Shown: positions 1 to 5,312 of the stretch, one piece after another
How the letters are laid out: every line of letters begins with the position of its first letter
How positions within the stretch are numbered: the first letter of the stretch is position 1
Source of the DNA: Promethearchaeia archaeon
GTDB taxonomy: Archaea > Asgardarchaeota > Lokiarchaeia > Sigyniarchaeales > SOKP01
Assembly: GCA_029856105.1 (NCBI GenBank)
Contig: JAHQWH010000229.1
Span: 1 to 13,657, forward strand
Direction of reading: 5' to 3'
DNA length: 13,657 nucleotides
Notes under the pieces: model-generated
Database searches by the model: none
What the model saw: the letters and a program-made list of their open reading frames with translations, nothing else
Told to the model about the DNA's origin: nothing
Position numbers and translations under genes: made by a program

Positions 1-426
1 ACCGATAGCGTCGATTTTACAGTTGAAGACACGACCAATCCGGTTATAACCGTTAGCCCTAATAATTTCACTGTGGAAGCGGGATATACCGGGCAGAGCA
101 TTTCTTGGACGGCGACTGATCCCAATCCTAACAATTACACGATCGAACTCCAAGGGACAGGGATTGTAGCAGGACCTACTGCCTGGACATCTGGCGTAGC
201 AATTACATATAATATCCCGAACGGCTTTGCTCCTAGTGTTTATACATACAACATAACTTTTACAGACGAAAGTGGAAATTCTATCTCGAACACAGTTACG
301 GTAACTATTAATTCGATCCCTGGAGGAGCAATTCCTTTCGAACTAATTATTATAGCTTCGATTATTGGCGGAGGAGCAGTAATAGGCGTTGCAGTCGTAG
401 TATTAATAAGAAGAAAGAGGAAATAA
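1..426 (+). CDS. 5'-truncated cell-surface protein: C-terminal Ig-like beta-sandwich repeat, single TM anchor and basic tail (archaeal C-terminal sorting-signal type)
   Basis: Frame 1 is open from base 1 (TDSVDFTVEDTTNPVITVSPNNFTVEAGY...), so the 73 start in the ORF track is internal. It has a 'VEDTTNP' Ig-repeat linker, T/V/Y-rich beta-strand sequence and three N-x-T sequons, and ends IPFELIIIASIIGGGAVIGVAVVVLI-RRKRK. Confidence 0.85.
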   Translation, partial: TDSVDFTVEDTTNPVITVSPNNFTVEAGYTGQSISWTATDPNPNNYTIELQGTGIVAGPTAWTSGVAITYNIPNGFAPSVYTYNITFTDESGNSISNTVTVTINSIPGGAIPFELIIIASIIGGGAVIGVAVVVLIRRKRK

Positions 427-447
427 TAAACAAAACTTAAATCCTAT

Positions 448-470
448 AATTTTTTCTAACATTTTTTTTT
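448..470 (+). terminator. Oligo-T archaeal terminator of the surface-protein gene
   Basis: Two T runs (T7 and T9) start about 23 nt after the TAA TAA stop. Confidence 0.5.
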
Positions 471-505
471 AATTATTTTGCAAAAAATTTGGATTGATCT
501 CACTT

Positions 506-650
506 AAATTTTTGTATCTATTTATTTTTTGTTCAATAGGTTATCAATCTCTTTGTTGTTTGGGCACAAACATTTCTGAAAATTCAAAGAAATCTTTCCC
601 TCGAGTAATTAGGAGGAGTACCACTTATTAAAGTCTAGATACAAAAATTT
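506..650. repeat. 145-bp element bounded by a perfect 15-bp inverted repeat with nested stems (candidate structured RNA or MITE-like remnant)
   Basis: AAATTTTTGTATCTA (506-520) is the exact reverse complement of TAGATACAAAAATTT (636-650). Internal stems: 535-541/623-629, 546-555/585-594 and 557-562/567-572. Confidence 0.6.
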
Positions 651-746
651 TTTTTTTTATTCCAGTATGAACCTCTCTAATTAATCATACTAATGAACGT
701 GAAGTTTTTAAATTATAGAAATATATAAATAAAGATAACTAGATTT

Positions 747-1571
747 TTATAATTGCATATTCTCTTTTATAAAATTCCACATCAGCTCATTTACTTTTTC
801 AGGCATTTCTATAGGAAAAGCGTGGCCACAACCCTTGAGAATTTCTAATTTTGAGTTCAGAATTTTTTCGTGCAAGAATTCTTGATGGGGAAAAGGTATT
901 AATCTATCTTTACTTGCCCCAAGTATTAATGTAGGAATTCTAATATTATTTAAAAATTCACGTGTATCATGTGTATTCATAGCATTAGCTTGATTCATGT
1001 AATCTTGGAAGTGCGTAGAATCCTTCGTCGGAGTAATAAAAATTGTATCTGCTTTAAGAGAATCAAATAACTTTTGATCGTTTTTTAATTTTCTAATAAA
1101 AGCTCTTGAATGTGTAAAAGGTAATAAAGCTTCAACTCGTTCTTCTAAATTCAATTCTTTTATTAATTCAAAACTCTTAAATAAAGGCCCAGGATCATAA
1201 AAAGCTGATGTAGCACAAAGAATTAAAGTTTTTGTTATCTCTGGATATTTTAATACAAAATTTTGAACGATCATTCCTCCCAAACTAATACCACATAAAT
1301 GAATTTTATCGTGAATATTTAGTTGATCTAAAAGAGCTTTAATATCTTCCACGAACATATCCATAGTATAATGATAATTTGGGCGTGAGCTTTTACCTAC
1401 TCCACGATTATCTAATGCGATAACTTTCATTCTTTTTTCAAAATAGGAGATTTGAAAATTCCAGCCCTGATACTTTGTACCAAATCCATGAACAAGTACT
1501 AAAGGCTTCCCTTTTCCTTTCATTATATAATTGATTTCAATATCATTGTGTGTGAATATTGGTATTCCCAT
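747..1571 (-). CDS. Alpha/beta-fold hydrolase (Abhydrolase_1; esterase/lactonase-like). Start is ATG 1571 or, more likely, ATA 1565
   Basis: Oxyanion motif LVLVHGF, DNRGVGKS, nucleophile elbow GISLGG, acid in ASKDRLIP, catalytic His in GCGHAFP. Confidence 0.93.
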   Translation of the reverse strand: MGIPIFTHNDIEINYIMKGKGKPLVLVHGFGTKYQGWNFQISYFEKRMKVIALDNRGVGKSSRPNYHYTMDMFVEDIKALLDQLNIHDKIHLCGISLGGMIVQNFVLKYPEITKTLILCATSAFYDPGPLFKSFELIKELNLEERVEALLPFTHSRAFIRKLKNDQKLFDSLKADTIFITPTKDSTHFQDYMNQANAMNTHDTREFLNNIRIPTLILGASKDRLIPFPHQEFLHEKILNSKLEILKGCGHAFPIEMPEKVNELMWNFIKENMQL

Positions 1572-1576
1572 CACCC
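1570..1576 (-). promoter_or_regulatory. Shine-Dalgarno site (GGGTGAT) of the hydrolase gene
   Basis: GGTGAT matches the archaeal SD consensus GGAGGTGATC. It overlaps the GTG and ATG codons, and its GGTGA core lies 5 nt before an in-frame ATA. Confidence 0.55.
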
Positions 1577-1853
1577 ATTTATATTTTTAACAAATAAGTA
1601 TGGAAGAATTATATTAAAAGATTTATGGAAATATGAAAAGAAGAAAAGCCCGCAAAAAAGAATTAATGATGCATATAGCAGTGTTTCGTACAACTTCGTT
1701 CGATTCTAAAAGTCTAGTAATCATATTGTTATAGGTGTTTTTTATTATTTTAAGATTTTTCTGCTTTTGTTTTAAAAATCTTTAAACTAATTATAATACA
1801 AAAAAATAAATTAGTGAATTGTTTTTTTATTATAAAGTATAAAGCTTTAGCTA

Positions 1854-1861
1854 TTATATAA
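1854..1861 (+). promoter_or_regulatory. TATA box for a leaderless transcript of the 474-aa gene
   Basis: TTATATAA ends 24 nt before ATG 1886, and there is no SD. Confidence 0.5.
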
Positions 1862-1885
1862 AATCAAATTGAAAGAACATCTTTT

Positions 1886-3310
1886 ATGACCAACGAAGAA
1901 AGTTTTCAATCAATACTTCGAGAAGTTAAGGAAATCTACTTGTTTCTTACTGAGGGTGAACCATCTCCAGATGATGAGATTAAAGCAAAAGGTAAACTTA
2001 TAAATCATTTTAATAGTTTAAAGAATTTCAGTACCACTTCTGAGCAGAAAGATAATATTGAGTTCATCCTCAAAAATTTAGAAGAATGGGACACGCTTGA
2101 TCTTTGGTTTTCAGAAACATCTCTTCCAAATGATATAAGGGAAATGTTAAAAATTCCCGAAAGTTTGGAGATTTCTAAAGAAGAAGGTCCAAAAGATTTC
2201 GAACAACCAGATGTTAAACCTAAAATTGCCGAACCTGAAGTTGATCTAACTGACATATTTAACATGGCATCAGAACAATTTAAAGGAGAAATCGATAATT
2301 TAAAAGGAAAAATAGACGCTCTCAAGAAAGAGTTGGATAAGAAAGACGAATCTCTTAAATCTATAAAAAAAAAGCGTAAAGTACAAAAAATTGTTCCTAA
2401 AAAAGATGTGAAATTACCTCCACCAAAAATTAAAATACCCGTTATTAAAACGCTTGTAAAACCTCCTCTAACTACAAGGCAACCTATCCCGAAAACATTA
2501 GTCTCCCAAGAACAACCAAAACTTAAACCCGTTGAAGTGAATCGTGTTAGAGAGAGGATAGAACCTGCTAAGGAAACTTTAACACCAATTCCTATATCAC
2601 CAAAAGAAAACGCTTCGAAAGCTGAAAACCAAGAGTTAACTCCTCTTCCCGAAAAAGTACCAAAATTTAGCCCGATTGTTATTGAAGAATCAAATGATAT
2701 TCCGATAATAACTGAGAAACGGAAAATTACGCCTATAATAACTGAAGAATCAAGTAAAGCGCCTTCTCCAGAATATCCTAAATCTACGCCTTTTCTAACA
2801 GAGAAACCTAAAATATCATCTGTACGAATTGAAGAAATCGAAAGAGAATCAATAGTATCAAGCGGTTCTGATCTCTTTAATGTATTTTCTTCGATGGGAA
2901 ATAAAGGTTCAAGTAAACCACAAGAAATCATTAGTTCAACTAAAAAACAAGTCGTAATAGAAGAAAAAAAGAGAGACGATAAGAAAAAAAAGAAGGATAA
3001 TGACTTTCAAGAGTCCAACGTAACGCCATTTATCAATTTTAACGATGTAAATGTTAGCGATGAACCAGATTTTTCTGCTCCAAGTCTAGATAACTTATCC
3101 AACGATAAAGATACTTTATATCAAGAGTTGATAGCCCTTGAAGGCAAGCGTTATTCATTGGAAAGAAGTTTTAAGGATTTAGAGAAAGATTACAATAAGG
3201 GTTCAATATCAGAATTAGACTTCAAAGATAAAAATAATAGCCTGAAAAACCAACTTAATGCCATTACTTCACGAATAAATAAAATTAGATCGTTAATTTC
3301 CACTTTGTAA
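1886..3310 (+). CDS. Hypothetical scaffold protein: N-terminal helical domain, coiled coil, long Pro/Lys/Glu-rich disordered linker, C-terminal steadiness-box-like (Vps23/TSG101 core) helical hairpin
   Basis: 474-aa ORF. Heptad pattern at aa ~130-162 (IDNLKGKIDALKKELDKK). Pro-rich aa ~170-310. Aa 411-468 align without gaps by eye to the TSG101 steadiness box. The CDS is secure; the domain call is inference. Confidence 0.8.
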   Translation: MTNEESFQSILREVKEIYLFLTEGEPSPDDEIKAKGKLINHFNSLKNFSTTSEQKDNIEFILKNLEEWDTLDLWFSETSLPNDIREMLKIPESLEISKEEGPKDFEQPDVKPKIAEPEVDLTDIFNMASEQFKGEIDNLKGKIDALKKELDKKDESLKSIKKKRKVQKIVPKKDVKLPPPKIKIPVIKTLVKPPLTTRQPIPKTLVSQEQPKLKPVEVNRVRERIEPAKETLTPIPISPKENASKAENQELTPLPEKVPKFSPIVIEESNDIPIITEKRKITPIITEESSKAPSPEYPKSTPFLTEKPKISSVRIEEIERESIVSSGSDLFNVFSSMGNKGSSKPQEIISSTKKQVVIEEKKRDDKKKKKDNDFQESNVTPFINFNDVNVSDEPDFSAPSLDNLSNDKDTLYQELIALEGKRYSLERSFKDLEKDYNKGSISELDFKDKNNSLKNQLNAITSRINKIRSLISTL

Positions 3311-3323
3311 TTTGTTTTAAAAA

Positions 3324-4082
3324 TTATTTTACCTCGTACATAGGTGGCATTTTTAATTTATGTTCCGCAGTCTTCCTCATTTTTCTTACTTTTTCTATAT
3401 CCTCTTTATTTAATCCATTAAAACCTAAGTTGTAATCAAATCTATAAAGAATTTCGTCTATGGTATCGTATAATAATCCAATTTCGCCTTCATCCGTCTG
3501 TCCGACCCACAACCCTGGGGAGGGTGGTTTCAATATTATTTTTTCAGGAATTTTTAAAATTCTAGCAATTTCTCTTACTTCTTTTTTATATAACATGCCA
3601 AGAGGTTCAAAATCAACTCCACCATCTCCATATTTAGTAAAATATCCGATGGCTAATTCAGCACGATTACCTGTACCCGCAATCAAATATTTTCCCTTTG
3701 ACTGACCACGGAAGTACAGTGTTATCATTCGCAATCGGGGTTTTAAGTTAGCAGATGCCATTTTATTAGTCTTAACTATTGGTTCCATAACTTCTAAGAA
3801 TTTATTATATACTAAAGTTAAGTCTATTATTTTAAAGTCGATATCTAAAACTTTAGCTATTAATTTTGCATCTTCAAGATCTTGAGATACTGAATCACAA
3901 GGTAAACCTAACCCGATAATATTTTCTTTGCCAAGCGCATTTACGCATAACGCGGCTGTAACTGCACTATCAATTCCACCACTGACCCCTACTACAACGC
4001 CCTCTGCATTAGCAGATACAACATAATTCTTAATCCAATTTTGAATGTCAACAACTAACTTTTTATAATCGAGTTTGCGCAT
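3324..4082 (-). CDS. nadE: NH3-dependent NAD+ synthetase
   Basis: PP-loop GVSGGIDS, NLKPRLRM, GTGNRAELAIGYFTKYGDGG, KPPSPGLWVGQTDEGEIG and EHK. At 252 aa it has no glutaminase domain. Confidence 0.97.
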   Translation of the reverse strand: MRKLDYKKLVVDIQNWIKNYVVSANAEGVVVGVSGGIDSAVTAALCVNALGKENIIGLGLPCDSVSQDLEDAKLIAKVLDIDFKIIDLTLVYNKFLEVMEPIVKTNKMASANLKPRLRMITLYFRGQSKGKYLIAGTGNRAELAIGYFTKYGDGGVDFEPLGMLYKKEVREIARILKIPEKIILKPPSPGLWVGQTDEGEIGLLYDTIDEILYRFDYNLGFNGLNKEDIEKVRKMRKTAEHKLKMPPMYEVK

Positions 4083-4236
4083 AAGGTATAAAAATCTTCT
4101 TTTCTTTTAAAATTCATTTAAAAAGCTATTTAAAAGAAAAGATTCAAATAATACTTATTAGATCATTAAATTAAAAAATCTTAATTATCACATTATATAT
4201 AATAAAATTTATAGAATTTGAGAAAACTGATTTAGT

Positions 4237-4650
4237 ATGAGTGACTTCGTAACAATTGTTAATTCATCGTTTGATAATGGCATTCCGTTCTGGATTTATA
4301 CCAGCGATTATATTTTTGGTATGGTACCTGTAGATGCAAGTGGGACTCGCTGGAAAGAGATATCCTACACTTTTGAAGAACCCGATAATCCTCTTTTTAT
4401 CACAGAGAGAGCTGCCGATTTGTCTTTTCAATTTTTACTTGAAGAAGTTGAAAAAGGAGTATCCTTTTATGTTGACGACTTAAAGGTACCCATGATAAAG
4501 GAATTTGCTAAAACGCTCGAAGGAAAACCGAATCCCGAAAAAATGAATGCTATTATAGCTGAATTAATCAATAACTCATCAAAATATTCCTCAAAATTTC
4601 CAATCATAAAAAGCAAAGATGAGCTTAGTTCTTTAGCAAGCAAAATTTAA
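4237..4650 (+). CDS. Hypothetical protein (137 aa, soluble alpha/beta)
   Basis: Clean ORF with globular composition filling the intergenic space. TTTATAGA (4208-4215) lies 21 nt upstream of the ATG. No family recognised. Confidence 0.8.
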   Translation: MSDFVTIVNSSFDNGIPFWIYTSDYIFGMVPVDASGTRWKEISYTFEEPDNPLFITERAADLSFQFLLEEVEKGVSFYVDDLKVPMIKEFAKTLEGKPNPEKMNAIIAELINNSSKYSSKFPIIKSKDELSSLASKI

Positions 4651-4707
4651 ATCTTTCTGAATTCCTTATAATTTGTTTCCTGAGTATTTCAAAAAAAGTT
4701 CATTCCT

Positions 4708-5205
4708 TTAGATGTACAAATTCTTTCTTTGAGGATGTTTCTTTGTGAATTCCTCGTCAATTCTTTTCGCCATTTGATATTCTAAATTCGAATTTCGTTC
4801 TCCTACGATTTCTTTAAAATAATTTCCATGTTGTTGCGAGTATTTTTCGATCCCCGCTGCAACGATATTCTTATCTTTTTTTATTGGAACTACCATCCCA
4901 AAAAGACGAAACATTTCATCAGGTGATAAGGTTTTTCCTTTACTCACTTCTTCCTCGATATCTCTGTCAATATTTCGAATAATGGTACCCATAGTCAACG
5001 AGGAATAAGGACTGAGCATTTTAGACTTCAACCAATACGCATTGGGTTTTTTTGTTATAAAAGTATCTGTATTTCCCTGGTCGTCTTTTGATCCTATAAC
5101 GCTCCAATCATTAGGGTCCTTATCGTACTCTTTTTTCAATTTTTTTATTATAGGCTTGATTGGAGCGACTCCATGGTAATCTTCTTCATCTTCGTTATTC
5201 GTCAT
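4708..5205 (-). CDS. Conserved archaeal hypothetical protein with C-terminal HbYX-type tail (…NLYI)
   Basis: 165-aa ORF. The pattern 'YDKDPxxW…G…DTFI…LKS…PY…G…RNIDxDI…FG' resembles, from memory, an uncharacterised euryarchaeal family. It ends L-Y-I. Confidence 0.8.
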   Translation of the reverse strand: MTNNEDEEDYHGVAPIKPIIKKLKKEYDKDPNDWSVIGSKDDQGNTDTFITKKPNAYWLKSKMLSPYSSLTMGTIIRNIDRDIEEEVSKGKTLSPDEMFRLFGMVVPIKKDKNIVAAGIEKYSQQHGNYFKEIVGERNSNLEYQMAKRIDEEFTKKHPQRKNLYI

Positions 5206-5312
5206 ACTTCTAATTATTATAAATAAATATAACTATAAAAAGATAAAGGATAAAGAATATAAGGAGTAAGATATTAATATCGCAAAATTTCTTTAATTAA
5301 AAGTTTTAATCC

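Noticed and set aside
497-514. TCACTTA word recurring in spacers (500, 10641, reverse complement at 10795)
   Set aside because: A seven-base AT-rich word with no consistent position relative to genes; chance is sufficient.
573-594. CTGA…GAAA resembling a hammerhead core, C/D box or SECIS
   Set aside because: CTGAAAA does not match CUGANGA, there is no RUGAUGA box C, and there is no SECIS-like core or in-frame UGA gene nearby.
1633-1734. 33-aa plus-strand ORF MKRRKARKKELMMHIAVFRTTSFDSKSLVIILL
   Set aside because: It is antisense to the equally long minus-strand candidate, and its basic start derives from an A-rich tract. There is no independent support, though it is not strictly excluded.
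2005-2931. 308-aa antisense ORF inside the 474-aa gene
   Set aside because: In this frame, antisense stops require Tyr, His or Gln codons on the sense strand, and these are scarce in the P/K/E-rich linker. The S/F/G/I-rich translation is a typical shadow ORF.
3460-3705. 81-aa ORF antisense to nadE (likewise 7450-7665, 8747-8968, 9202-9543, 12033-12275, 12534-12788 and 12910-13152)
   Set aside because: All lie essentially within well-supported genes on the opposite strand and show no motifs or translation signals.
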